64,000 nucleotides of DNA. Source: a virus. How positions within the stretch are numbered: the stretch's first letter is position 1; each line of letters begins with the position of its first letter. Below, piece by piece: positions 46,762 to 55,764 of this stretch. Under the pieces are notes generated by a model. It saw only the letters and a list, made by a program, of their open reading frames with translations. It did not search any database and was not told the origin of the DNA. Both the position numbers and the translations under genes were made by a program. The stretch spans positions 1-64,000 of IMG/VR virus record IMGVR_UViG_3300036820_000003. The stretch is one strand, 5' to 3'.

Positions 46762-47579
46762 TTGTCGTCCATCCGGGTGAGCGGCTGGACGGGAGAGCGA
46801 TCGAGGTACATGTGCCCCGCCTCGGCGAAGCGGGACCAGGTCCGGCCCTCCTCGCGTCGGAACCACTTCCCTTCGGCGTCGCGGACGACAGCCCCGACGG
46901 GGAGCTCGATCCGCTGGGCACGGATGCTCTCGCGAATGACATTGTTCATCCACAAGACCGAGGAAGGGCTGCCCGGGCCCCAGCTCTGCAGCCGGATGCG
47001 CAGCTCGCTGAGCGCGTTCACCAGCTCGTCCCAGGTGGGATGATCAGCGAGCACGTCCGGCCCGGATGCCTGCGACGGCGGACGGGACTCGCGAAAGGCC
47101 CGCGCCTCGCGTATGAGATTCCCCGCGACGACGCGATCCGAACTGAGCCTGTCGGCCGCCGCGTTAAGGTCCTCCTCGGTGTACCTCTCCGGACGAGCGG
47201 GACGCTTCCAGGCGGCTCGCGCATTCGAGATCAAATCCGACATCTGACCGTCGGTGATCCCGGTGCCCGCCCCCGCCGTCCGCATCTCCGCCGCCGTGAA
47301 CTCCATCTCCCCGAATCGGGGCTCGGGCTCGGGCGCGATCGGCTTGCCCCGGTTCAACCTCGCGAGAATGATCGATCGGGCGACGGCGTCCTGCGCGAGC
47401 GGCCCGATCTCACGGGCCGCTCGTCGCAGCTCCACCTGGGTGAACGTCTCCGGCTCGTTTGAGCTGAAATTCAGGGATCTCAGACTGTCGATCACATCCC
47501 GGGCGGCAGGATCGCGAACGTGAGAGTCAGACAGAGCCCTCATGACCTGGATCTCGCTGTAGCGGCGTTCTCGCGTCAC
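46758..47579 (-). CDS. Hypothetical protein with short internal helical repeats
   Basis: YSEIQV/FTQVEL/FTAAEM/YTEEDL repeats; C-terminal LPVGAVVRDAEGKWFRR. Confidence 0.65.
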   Translation of the reverse strand: MTRERRYSEIQVMRALSDSHVRDPAARDVIDSLRSLNFSSNEPETFTQVELRRAAREIGPLAQDAVARSIILARLNRGKPIAPEPEPRFGEMEFTAAEMRTAGAGTGITDGQMSDLISNARAAWKRPARPERYTEEDLNAAADRLSSDRVVAGNLIREARAFRESRPPSQASGPDVLADHPTWDELVNALSELRIRLQSWGPGSPSSVLWMNNVIRESIRAQRIELPVGAVVRDAEGKWFRREEGRTWSRFAEAGHMYLDRSPVQPLTRMDDK

Positions 47580-47857
47580 AGCATTCCCTCCAGCTTCTCC
47601 CGAACATCCGGGTCGACGGAGCTGACCTGCACGCTGAACCAGTTGCCCTGGGCATCCCGGAGCTGAAGCCCCGTCGCAGCCGGATGGAAGTTGCTCTCGC
47701 ACTCCCGGCTGAAAGGCGCGATCTCGGGCTCCGACGGGAGAACGGATATGTCGGTGACCGTCACATCCGGATTCTTCGCGAGAGCCTGGCTGATGATCGC
47801 CGCCGCGCCCTGATTGCGAGCGCACTGCACGTGATCGCAGCTGTCCTGCACTTGCAT
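47576..47857 (-). CDS. Hypothetical protein
   Basis: RBS GAAGGAAGGA. Confidence 0.55.
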   Translation of the reverse strand: MQVQDSCDHVQCARNQGAAAIISQALAKNPDVTVTDISVLPSEPEIAPFSRECESNFHPAATGLQLRDAQGNWFSVQVSSVDPDVREKLEGML

Positions 47858-47932
47858 GTTATTCCTTCCTTCTTCCCGGTGCGGATTAGCACCGCACGCC
47901 GGGCGTCCCCCTCGGACGTCCGGCATGCCGCG

Positions 47933-48142
47933 TCAATCCGCGTCCGCGTCCGCGTCCGCGTCCGCGACAGGCGGCAGGTACACCCGCGCTCGCTGTTCCC
48001 AGTTCCCAGCTTCCAGCACCCAGACGCAGAACGGGTCCTGGCACGCGCACAGCGCGCTGACGACTCGCTCCCGGCCGACGGTCGTGAACCGGATCTCCCG
48101 AGTTCGAACCGTCTCGGGCCGCCGGGTGTGCGGGGCGCTCAC
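47933..48142 (-). CDS. Small CxC-family protein (paralogue 1)
   Basis: ALCACQDPFCVWVLEAGNW. Confidence 0.6.
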   Translation of the reverse strand: MSAPHTRRPETVRTREIRFTTVGRERVVSALCACQDPFCVWVLEAGNWEQRARVYLPPVADADADADAD

Positions 48143-48327
48143 GCCGGATCACGCTCCTTGACGTCCGTGCCGGAGCCCGTGTAACGGAGCCACTCGCCCC
48201 CGCGCCGAATCCAGATGCAGTCCGGGTTCTTCGGATTCGCCTGGCAGACGCAGAGCTGGCGCGCCACGCCCGCGATCCAGGTCTCCTTGCCCGGCATCCG
48301 GGCGTGCCGGACCGTATCGTCGCTCAC
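48139..48327 (-). CDS. Small CxC-family protein (paralogue 2)
   Basis: QLCVCQANPKNPDCIWIRRGGEW. Confidence 0.6.
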   Translation of the reverse strand: MSDDTVRHARMPGKETWIAGVARQLCVCQANPKNPDCIWIRRGGEWLRYTGSGTDVKERDPA

Positions 48328-48560
48328 GGGTTCGGATTCGGATTCGGGTCGGGCTCGGGACCGTTCTTCAGCAGATCCGAGCAGTCCACCAGATCGTCGC
48401 CCATGAGACCGTCCGGGTGGACCCACCAGCGTCCCCTCGGGGCGCTGAAGCCCCCCGAATTGGAGACGGTGCCCCACTTTCGGAGCGGCTTGACGTACAC
48501 TCGCATTCCCGATGTGATCGGGATGTTATCGGCTGTCCTGTCCATGCGCCTCAGTTCCAA
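48324..48560 (-). CDS. Small SH3-like hypothetical protein
   Basis: ITSGMRVYV..WGTV..WWVHPD. Confidence 0.5.
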   Translation of the reverse strand: MELRRMDRTADNIPITSGMRVYVKPLRKWGTVSNSGGFSAPRGRWWVHPDGLMGDDLVDCSDLLKNGPEPDPNPNPNP

Positions 48561-48697
48561 TCCCAGTCGCCGTTAGCGTAGAAGGTCCACTTGCAGGTGA
48601 TGCTGCCGCAGATGCAGTAGCACACGGTGACGGTCTTCCCTGAGTCGAGCCTGACCTTGCTGTCAGTTTTCCTGTTCGCCCGGTGGACGGTCTTCAT
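48551..48697 (-). CDS. Small CxC-family protein (paralogue 3; not in the ORF track)
   Basis: Manual translation MKTVHRANRKTDSKVRLDSGKTVTVCYCICGSITCKWTFYANGDWDWN; RBS GAAGGAGGG. Confidence 0.6.
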   Translation of the reverse strand: MKTVHRANRKTDSKVRLDSGKTVTVCYCICGSITCKWTFYANGDWDWN

Positions 48698-48769
48698 TCG
48701 GGTCGTTCCCTCCTTCCCCTCCGTTCGACGGAGGGGGCCGAGCCCGGGCGCGGAGCCCGGGCGCGACCC

Positions 48770-49021
48770 TCACAGCCGAGTCGGATCCACCCTTCTGAAC
48801 TCGGGACGCGGATTCGCGAAGGAGATCTCCAGGCCCGCGTCCCTGACGCTGCGCTGACTGGTCAGCCTCGCGATGACGCTGGCGGCGGCCTTCTCCTGCG
48901 CAGGAGTCAGATAAGGTCCGGCGACGCAGTGCACCCGATCTTTCACGCAGTAGAACACGTGCCAGCGCGGGACGCTGTAAAGATCGCCCTCGCGCCGGGG
49001 CGGCGGATCGAGGGTGCTCAC
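48770..49021 (-). CDS. Hypothetical protein
   Basis: Coupled ORF. Confidence 0.5.
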   Translation of the reverse strand: MSTLDPPPRREGDLYSVPRWHVFYCVKDRVHCVAGPYLTPAQEKAAASVIARLTSQRSVRDAGLEISFANPRPEFRRVDPTRL

Positions 49022-49419
49022 GCGGGCGCGTGGCTGACGCTCATCACGTCGAATCCGGAGCCTCGCCGGGTCTGCTCGATGTGCTCGATGAACGGCCGGT
49101 CAGCCCGGACGGTCACCGTGGAGCCGTCGGGAGACGGACTCCAGAGGATCATCTGCATCTCCTGCTCCGCGAACTCGCAGCGGAACAGCAGCTCCGACAT
49201 CGCGCTGCATATCAGCTCGACGGGGGACGGGTAGTCCTCAACCGCGAGGAGCTCGAGGTAGGCCTGGTCGCCCACGTCGTGCCACGACATGGTGAGCTTG
49301 GACGGCCACAGGTTCATCAGTCCCGTCGGAACCGGGCCGGGATCCTCGCCGTCGCCGGTTTCGAGGAGGTTGCGGTTCCACGCCTCCTCCTCGGGATCGC
49401 GTTCGTCTTGATTGTTCAT
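49018..49419 (-). CDS. Hypothetical acidic protein
   Basis: RBS GGAAGGAAG. Confidence 0.6.
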   Translation of the reverse strand: MNNQDERDPEEEAWNRNLLETGDGEDPGPVPTGLMNLWPSKLTMSWHDVGDQAYLELLAVEDYPSPVELICSAMSELLFRCEFAEQEMQMILWSPSPDGSTVTVRADRPFIEHIEQTRRGSGFDVMSVSHAPA

Positions 49420-49597
49420 TTCTTCCTTCCTTTTGCGCGTTTGCGCTGCTTTTAGCTTACACCCGCCGAGCCCCCTGCGGGCCTCGGAGAGGCACTCGGC
49501 TGCCTCGCAGGGGCGGGCCGCGCTGTTTACCATGCAGCTGCCCGCGCGAGGGGGCCGACCCCGTCACGAAAGCGACGGGGGCGACCCTCACGTTCGG

Positions 49598-49828
49598 TCA
49601 GCAGGTGTCGGTGCGCTCGCTGAGCGGGATGAAGAAGATCACGGACGATTCCTCGTCCTCTTCGTCGTCCGGCTCGATTTCGCAGACGCCGTTCTCGTGA
49701 TCGCACATCAGATGCGGATCGGAGGCGTAGTCCGGCGGGATCCAGTTGCACGGAAGACCGGAGCCGTCGTCATGCTCGCAGCACGGAAAATCTTCGCAGC
49801 GAGCGGGAAGATCGGGGTTAACCGCCAT
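49598..49828 (-). CDS. Small acidic Cys-rich protein
   Basis: RCEDFPCCEH..PCNW..MCDHENGVC; RBS GGGAGAGG. Confidence 0.6.
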   Translation of the reverse strand: MAVNPDLPARCEDFPCCEHDDGSGLPCNWIPPDYASDPHLMCDHENGVCEIEPDDEEDEESSVIFFIPLSERTDTC

Positions 49829-49842
49829 ATTGCCTCTCCCTT

Positions 49843-50082
49843 TCAGCAGGTGTCGGTGTAGTCACTCGGATGCGCCCTCCCCTTCTTGCGGATCTCCCGG
49901 CGGCCCCGGACCGCGTAGCGAGGCGACAGAACCCGGTAGACGACGTCGCGCGGCGGGGACTCGACCTTGTCGAGGCTGATCCACTTCCGCCCTCGAAGGC
50001 AGGTGTTGAAGACCTTGCCGTATCTGATCTCGAGGACGTCGTGGACCTCGCGATAGACCTCGAAGTCGGCGTCGGAGCTCAC
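49843..50082 (-). CDS. Hypothetical protein
   Basis: GTGA coupling. Confidence 0.5.
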   Translation of the reverse strand: MSSDADFEVYREVHDVLEIRYGKVFNTCLRGRKWISLDKVESPPRDVVYRVLSPRYAVRGRREIRKKGRAHPSDYTDTC

Positions 50083-50273
50083 AGGGACCTCCTTCGGAAC
50101 AGCCCGCCGATTCGCCTCATGAGGCGGAGTCGCCGGGCTTCGACTTCCCTGCGATCGGATTCGATCTGCTCGGGGGACGCGTTCCGGCAGTCCTTCGTGT
50201 GCAGATGGACGTACCCGTGCGGCTGCTCCCGTGCGATGGGGCATCTGCCGGGCTTCCACCCGTCGTCGCTCAC
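50079..50273 (-). CDS. Hypothetical protein
   Basis: Coupled ORF. Confidence 0.5.
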   Translation of the reverse strand: MSDDGWKPGRCPIAREQPHGYVHLHTKDCRNASPEQIESDRREVEARRLRLMRRIGGLFRRRSL

Positions 50274-50503
50274 TTCTTGCGCAGGTACGCGTAGAGCGCG
50301 TACCAGCCCGGCTGCTCCGGGTCGGCCTGCGGCTCGCTGACCTTCCAGCCTCGGTACAGCGGGTCAGTCAGCATGTGCGGGGCGTGATCGTGACGCCCGG
50401 CGTTCGCCTTCGGCCTGGAGGAATAGCGCTCCAGGAATCGCTTGCCGATGATCCCCTCGGCCGCCTCGGCCGGGGTGATGCCGACCTTGTCGCCTGATCT
50501 CAT
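50270..50503 (-). CDS. Hypothetical protein
   Basis: RBS GGAAGGAAAG. Confidence 0.6.
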   Translation of the reverse strand: MRSGDKVGITPAEAAEGIIGKRFLERYSSRPKANAGRHDHAPHMLTDPLYRGWKVSEPQADPEQPGWYALYAYLRKK

Positions 50504-50585
50504 GTGCTTTCCTTCCTGTTCGAGGCCCTGCGCCTCGGAGCCGCGCACGTCAGGGGACGTGCGCGACTCCCGGGTGCGGGCCGGG

Positions 50586-50762
50586 TCAGCTGTCGGGCTG
50601 CGGACCCGACTTGCCGTGGATTCGGCGCTCCCACTTGCCGTCGACGCGGATCCAGTAGCATTTGGAGTCGTCGCAGACGCAGAGCGCCGTCGTGACGGTG
50701 ACGCGTCCGTTCAGGATCTCGCTGGACTTCTCGGTCGACGGATCTCTTCCGTGCTCTCGCAT
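50586..50762 (-). CDS. Small CxC-family protein (paralogue 4; not in the ORF track)
   Basis: Manual translation ..VTVTTALCVCDDSKCYWIRVDGKWERR..; RBS GAGAGGAG. Confidence 0.65.
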   Translation of the reverse strand: MREHGRDPSTEKSSEILNGRVTVTTALCVCDDSKCYWIRVDGKWERRIHGKSGPQPDS

Positions 50763-50836
50763 GTGACTCCTCTCCTCCCAGCTGGCGCCCGGAGTCGCGC
50801 CCGGCTCCTCCGGGCGCGACCCTCAACGTCAACCCG

Positions 50837-51064
50837 TCATTCGGAATTGCAGATGTCACACAGGTGGAGGAGTCCGACGTGCTCAGACTTGAGTCGTCCG
50901 CAGATGTGCGACTCCTCTGGGTGATTTTTCCGCGAGGCCGCGTTGTCCCATAGAAAATTGCAGAACTCGGACTTGTTCCGCGCCTCGGTCATCTCCCTGA
51001 CGATACGATCCCCTAGCCGGAGCATCCGGATCTCAAGTTCTCGCTCGCGATTGAGCAATTGCAT
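50837..51064 (-). CDS. Hypothetical protein
   Basis: RBS AAGGAGG. Confidence 0.55.
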   Translation of the reverse strand: MQLLNRERELEIRMLRLGDRIVREMTEARNKSEFCNFLWDNAASRKNHPEESHICGRLKSEHVGLLHLCDICNSE

Positions 51065-51079
51065 TCCTCCTTGCATTCG

Positions 51080-51412
51080 CTAGAAGTCCCGCGCCGGGGC
51101 GTTGACGGTGAACTTGTCGATCCGGTAGCCGTAGAAGACGCCGTCGCCGGGGTCGGTGCGAGCCTGCCACGCGTCGTAGACGGAGGGAATCGGATTCCAG
51201 TCCAGCTTCCACGCCGTGTACTTCTCGTCCGACGTGAAAGCGTCGCCCGCCGTCGCGGCCTCCTTCTCGCGCTCGAAGTCCTGGGCCGCGCCCTTCGCCT
51301 TCTCAAGGGCGAGATCGAGCCCGGTGTCGTCGATATAGATCCCGAGTTCGATCCACTCGGCCGGGTCCGAGCCGTCCGACTCGCGAACGGACAGCAGATA
51401 AGCCGTCGTCAA
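51080..51412 (-). CDS. Hypothetical protein, similar to 52257-52580
   Basis: C-terminal YGYRIDKFTVNAP versus FGYSVERFTLDAP. Confidence 0.6.
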   Translation of the reverse strand: MTTAYLLSVRESDGSDPAEWIELGIYIDDTGLDLALEKAKGAAQDFEREKEAATAGDAFTSDEKYTAWKLDWNPIPSVYDAWQARTDPGDGVFYGYRIDKFTVNAPARDF

Positions 51413-51594
51413 TTCGACCTCCCGTCGTGACTGATCTCGAACGTGTTGCGAGCCGTCCGGGTGATGAAGACGGTGTCCGACTGATTCGTCCAGCTCCCGA
51501 GCTTGTCAGCGTCCCGGAGGGCCTTGTCCGCCACATCGGCGGCGAGGCCGTACTCCCGGGACGTGAGCAGATCGTGCGCTTCGAAGAAGTTCAC
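51409..51594 (-). CDS. Hypothetical protein
   Basis: RBS AGGAAGGA. Confidence 0.55.
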   Translation of the reverse strand: MNFFEAHDLLTSREYGLAADVADKALRDADKLGSWTNQSDTVFITRTARNTFEISHDGRSN

Positions 51595-51608
51595 GCTGAT
51601 TTTCCTTC

Positions 51609-52064
51609 CTAGCTGAGCGGATCCGGATTCCCGGACTCGCGGATTTCCTGCGCGAGGGCGGCGTCGGAGGCGGGATCCGAATTATCCGGATAACGCTCCT
51701 CGCCCCCGGCCTCCGTTCGCCACATCGCGTCCCGCGCCTCCTGGGTGATGAACTCCGGAGCATCACTCAGGACGCCGCTCAGATCGCGGGCGAACTTCAT
51801 CATTTCAAATCGCATGTGATCCTCGGTCTCGCCGTTGATCAGCCCGGCCTGTTCCATCATCCCCCGCAGGTACGTGACCTGCTGCTCCACGCTGAGCGGG
51901 GACGGGGCGGGAGTCCACCCCTGCGGCCGGTCCACCGCCACGTACAGAACATCCGACGGATCGGAATGCGGGTCAAGCTCGAAGACGGGACTCACGAGGC
52001 TCGCGCCTCCCGGACTCAGGTCGGTGACCGTCACCTGGAAACGTTTGGGGATCAACTTGCTCAT
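51609..52064 (-). CDS. Hypothetical protein
   Basis: ATG after GAGAGG. Confidence 0.55.
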   Translation of the reverse strand: MSKLIPKRFQVTVTDLSPGGASLVSPVFELDPHSDPSDVLYVAVDRPQGWTPAPSPLSVEQQVTYLRGMMEQAGLINGETEDHMRFEMMKFARDLSGVLSDAPEFITQEARDAMWRTEAGGEERYPDNSDPASDAALAQEIRESGNPDPLS

Positions 52065-52256
52065 GACGGCCTCTCGATTCGGAAGCGGCTCGTCGAGACC
52101 TGCACGACTCGGATTTCGCCGTTCTCCCACGCCCCGAACTCGGCGGCGTCGCTCACGAGCTGACGCGCCTCCTCGACGCTGAGATTATGAGGAGGCCGCT
52201 GAAGAAGCCCGACGGCCTCGTCCCTGGTGATACTCATGTGCCTTCCTTCCCCCGGG

Positions 52257-52580
52257 TCAGGGCTCTCGCGGCGGCGCGTCGAGCGTGAAGCGCTCGACGC
52301 TGTAGCCGAAGCTCATGCGCTCGAAGACCTGGAGGGAGATGGCGTGCCACTTGTCCGGACGGGGGATGATCGTGCCGCCCTCTCCGTCGGGACAGGATTC
52401 CCGCTCCCAGGCGAGCTGGACAGGCTCGTACTCGCCGTCGGAGGCGAGGGCCTTGTCCGTCTCGATGCCCTGGGCTGCGGCCTGCGCGAGTTCGAGGGTG
52501 GTGTAGGCTCCCGCGTTGGAGGCCCCGTGATCGTGCTCGGTGAGCACGTAGATGCCGGTCTCGATCTCGGTCCCGGTCAC
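52257..52580 (-). CDS. Hypothetical protein
   Basis: IYVLTEHDH..GAYTTLELAQAAA. Confidence 0.6.
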   Translation of the reverse strand: MTGTEIETGIYVLTEHDHGASNAGAYTTLELAQAAAQGIETDKALASDGEYEPVQLAWERESCPDGEGGTIIPRPDKWHAISLQVFERMSFGYSVERFTLDAPPREP

Positions 52581-52777
52581 TTGACGTTCACGTGCTTCCA
52601 GGGCCTGATCCTGACGTTGCGCTTGTACCAGAAGCACGTTGACCGCCCGGATCCCGAATCCCCGTAGCAGGTCGCTATGGTGATGGTCGCGCCCGGCGCG
52701 TCACTGTGAATGAAGTAGAAGCTGTCCCTTGAGGTGCGCTCGGTGGAAGTCCTGCGCACGTGTTCCTGATCTCTCAC
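52577..52777 (-). CDS. Hypothetical protein
   Basis: RBS GAAGGAAGGA. Confidence 0.5.
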   Translation of the reverse strand: MRDQEHVRRTSTERTSRDSFYFIHSDAPGATITIATCYGDSGSGRSTCFWYKRNVRIRPWKHVNVK

Positions 52778-53036
52778 TGTTCCTTCCTTCCTCCTCGGCG
52801 CTGACGCTGAGGGAGCCCGTCCCGACGGACGTCGGGACGGACCCTCACGGCGCAGCCGTGAGCTAGACGGATGCGGATGCGCTTTACCAGAGACCCATGT
52901 CGCACCTCCTTTTTAGGATGCTGTGTGCTCTCATTTCCCGCGTGTTTGGCTGCGCGCCCGTTGCCAGTTTACCAGCCCGGAGGCCCGCGAACGCGGGGAT
53001 GAGGGCTCACGCGGGCGGCGCGAGGGCGGGGGTCCT

Positions 53037-53330
53037 TCACTCCGGATCCCGGCGCTTCAGCAGCAGCTCGTAGGACGCCCCCTCCTCGCTGTGCACGATC
53101 ATCCCGGTGATGAGCGGGTCGACCGACTGGTGAGTCAGCGCCGGAAGGAAGTCGGCGGGGACCTCGAAGGTCCCGAGCGCGGTGACGCAGCTGATGGCGC
53201 TCCGGCCCTCGTTCAGCTGGCTGAATATCTGGGCGGTGACGCGAAGCTGGTCCTCGACGTCCGGATCGGGCTCTGGCTTGATGTACATGAGATTGATTCC
53301 TTCCTCTTCCTTCGGTGGTGCGCTTGTCAC
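53037..53330 (-). CDS. Hypothetical protein
   Basis: Plausible ORF between hairpin cassettes. Confidence 0.55.
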   Translation of the reverse strand: MTSAPPKEEEGINLMYIKPEPDPDVEDQLRVTAQIFSQLNEGRSAISCVTALGTFEVPADFLPALTHQSVDPLITGMIVHSEEGASYELLLKRRDPE

Positions 53331-53415
53331 ATGTCCTGATATTTCGTGTTAAACCGGACAGTCAGCGCACTCCGCCGGGTCCGGTCGGGCGACCGGACCT
53401 GACGGGGCGGGCTGA

Positions 53416-53760
53416 TCAGTTTCGGGGACGAGCGGAGTTCGGGTGCCAGGTTCCGCCTCCGCGCTTGCTCCAGTTCGGCCCGTAGGTGCTCTTGAGCAGC
53501 TCTACCTGCCCTCTCACCCCGGTGATTCCGTCGGCTGCGAGGGAGGCTCGGTCGTCCTCGTCCGGATAGCCGAGTTCAGCGGAGCGGAGGGTGAAGGCGT
53601 CGCAGTAGGCCGACAGAATCGTCTCCGGATCGCCGTCGAAGCCCGGGTGAATCATCTCGAGAATCTCGTCGTCGGTGCGAGGCACGTAAACAGGTGTCTC
53701 GGCACGCGCGTGCCCGAGGGCTGTGGCGATCTCGATGTCGTCGGGCGGCTGTGATGTCAT
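53416..53760 (-). CDS. Hypothetical acidic protein
   Basis: RBS GAGAGGA. Confidence 0.6.
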   Translation of the reverse strand: MTSQPPDDIEIATALGHARAETPVYVPRTDDEILEMIHPGFDGDPETILSAYCDAFTLRSAELGYPDEDDRASLAADGITGVRGQVELLKSTYGPNWSKRGGGTWHPNSARPRN

Positions 53761-53824
53761 TTTCCTCTCCTCTCAGGACGCTTCAGCGTCCTGAGCCGGT
53801 CCCGCCCTCGCGGGCGGGGCTGAC

Positions 53825-54094
53825 TCAGGAGGTTGAATCGGATTCGAATCGCAGTCGGCTTCGCAGCTGACGGTCATGCGACATCAGCTCGGGGCCGGTC
53901 ATGCCGAAGGCCTGGGCGCGAGTGCGGAAGCCCCGGGCGAATCCGTTGCCGTAGGCGGGATAGGCCGGATCCCCTCGCCGGTAGATCTTGAGAGCGTAGT
54001 CGGGCGGATTGGAAATGCCGAGCAGGAACCCGGCGTCGTAGGGGCTGAAGGACGGATCGGTGATGCCCGCGTTGGCGTCAGCGTCGGAGGTCAC
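53825..54094 (-). CDS. Hypothetical protein
   Basis: PYDAGFLLG..YGNGFARG. Confidence 0.5.
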   Translation of the reverse strand: MTSDADANAGITDPSFSPYDAGFLLGISNPPDYALKIYRRGDPAYPAYGNGFARGFRTRAQAFGMTGPELMSHDRQLRSRLRFESDSTS

Positions 54095-54095
54095 G

Positions 54096-54485
54096 TCAGA
54101 ATCCCAGATGCTGGCAGCTGAGCCGGAAGGACTGAGTCGGATCCGTCGGGATGATGACGGGCCCGAGTGCGATGACGGCCCGGGTGACGTACGGGAAACC
54201 GGATGAGTCGGTCTGATGCGGGAGGTCGTTGCAGAGCGCCTCATGCCCGCACGAGTAGCAGTCCATGTAGTCCGGGCAGAACGCGAGCGGCCCCCGGGCG
54301 AGCTCGCGAGTCGTCCAGTTGACCTCGTGGTAGTTCCCGGGCAGCTCCATCACGATGACGGGATGGAAATACGGAAGCGGGAACATCTCGCCGTAGCGAA
54401 CTCCCGCCTGACGCTCGTAGCTGTAGAGCGTCCGGACGTGCAGGCCGTTTTCGGCGTGTCCGAGGATGATGCTCTTGGGTCGCAT
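54096..54485 (-). CDS. Hypothetical protein
   Basis: RBS AAGGAAGGA. Confidence 0.6.
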   Translation of the reverse strand: MRPKSIILGHAENGLHVRTLYSYERQAGVRYGEMFPLPYFHPVIVMELPGNYHEVNWTTRELARGPLAFCPDYMDCYSCGHEALCNDLPHQTDSSGFPYVTRAVIALGPVIIPTDPTQSFRLSCQHLGF

Positions 54486-54521
54486 GTCTGTTTCCTTCCT
54501 TTACTGCGGTATGATGGTAGT

Positions 54522-55167
54522 ATGTCATGGCTTGATGGAAAACCGGCAGGTCCTACTCTGAGCGAACAATTCCCTGATGAGATGCTGCCCGTCCGAGTTA
54601 TAAGGCTCGGAGGAGTGAAGAGACTGTTCGCGATAGTCGACCCGGAAGATTACGAGTGGCTGACTTCGGATCATAACTGGTACCCAGATGGTGACGGGTA
54701 CGCCATGTCCTGGCACGAGCGTAAGCACATTCGGATGCACGTGGCTATCCGGGGAACCGCAGGGATAGATCACCGCAACAGGCAGCGAAGGGATAATCGT
54801 CGCTTTAATCTTCGTGTCTGCGATGACACAGGCAATAAGATCAACACAAGCCTGAAACCTCGCAACACGTCCGGGTACAAGGGCGTCACCAGGGACAATC
54901 GTGTGGATTGCCTCCATTAAGCTGCCTGACAGCCCATCTTCTATGCATCTGGCATCTAGTCCGGATCCTGTTGAGGCTGCTTATGCTTACGACCGAGCAG
55001 CTCGACGTCTTTGGGGCGATTTTGCTTGCACCAATGAGGATCTCGGAATCGTGCCTCCTGATGATGGGCATGAACTGCGGCTCAGACACGCCTATCCTTC
55101 CTGGTGCCTGCCTCTGGAGCAGGAGACCGTCACCGTACGAGACGGTGACGATCCTCCACCTCAGTAG
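54522..55167 (+). pseudogene. HNH-AP2 homing endonuclease split by a frameshift at about 54900
   Basis: Leaderless ATG 6 nt after TATGAT. AIVDPEDYE, IRMH, IDHRNR..DNRRFNLR and NTSGYKGV, then the frame shifts to WIASI..EAAYAYDRAARRLWGDFACTN (AP2). Confidence 0.8.
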
Positions 55168-55195
55168 TGGAACTGATGTTCGAGCCCGACGCCGC

Positions 55196-55645
55196 TCAGC
55201 CGGAGGTTGAAGTCGGAGCTGACGGAGCTGACGGTGTGAGGCTGTACTTCACGATCTGGAACATGGTGATGTGCCTACCGAGATCGGCGTAGTTGACGAT
55301 ATTCCAGATCTTGCGATCCGGATCGGAATCGTCAAGGGGAGACTCGATGTAAACTAGAGTCGTCGCAGGGTCCTCCATGATCCCGCAGTGCTGGCGATAG
55401 AGCCGCAAGCCGAACTCCTGCGCGTCCTCCAGGCGTCCGAAGTACTCGTAGCTGAAGGAGTCAAGCTCCGGATCGACCTGGTAGAAGTCGACCGGGGCGG
55501 GACCCGGGAGCCAGCCGAGCTCGGGGATGACCGGCGTGCCGGCGTCCGCGCGATAGATCGCGTCGGCGGCGTCGTCAGCCTGGACGCCCCGGAGATGGAC
55601 TGTCTCGCCGGTGTCCTCGTTGCGGACGGTGACTGAGAACGTCAT
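55196..55645 (-). CDS. Hypothetical protein
   Basis: RBS AAGGAAGGAAG. Confidence 0.6.
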   Translation of the reverse strand: MTFSVTVRNEDTGETVHLRGVQADDAADAIYRADAGTPVIPELGWLPGPAPVDFYQVDPELDSFSYEYFGRLEDAQEFGLRLYRQHCGIMEDPATTLVYIESPLDDSDPDRKIWNIVNYADLGRHITMFQIVKYSLTPSAPSAPTSTSG

Positions 55646-55764
55646 GCTGATGCTTCCTTCCTTGAGGGTCCTTTCGACTGGACCGCGCCGCCTCCGAGCT
55701 GTCTGGGATCGGAGACGACGCCGCTCAGCCGGGATCGCCGGTGAGAGGTTCGGGTTCGGCTGCG

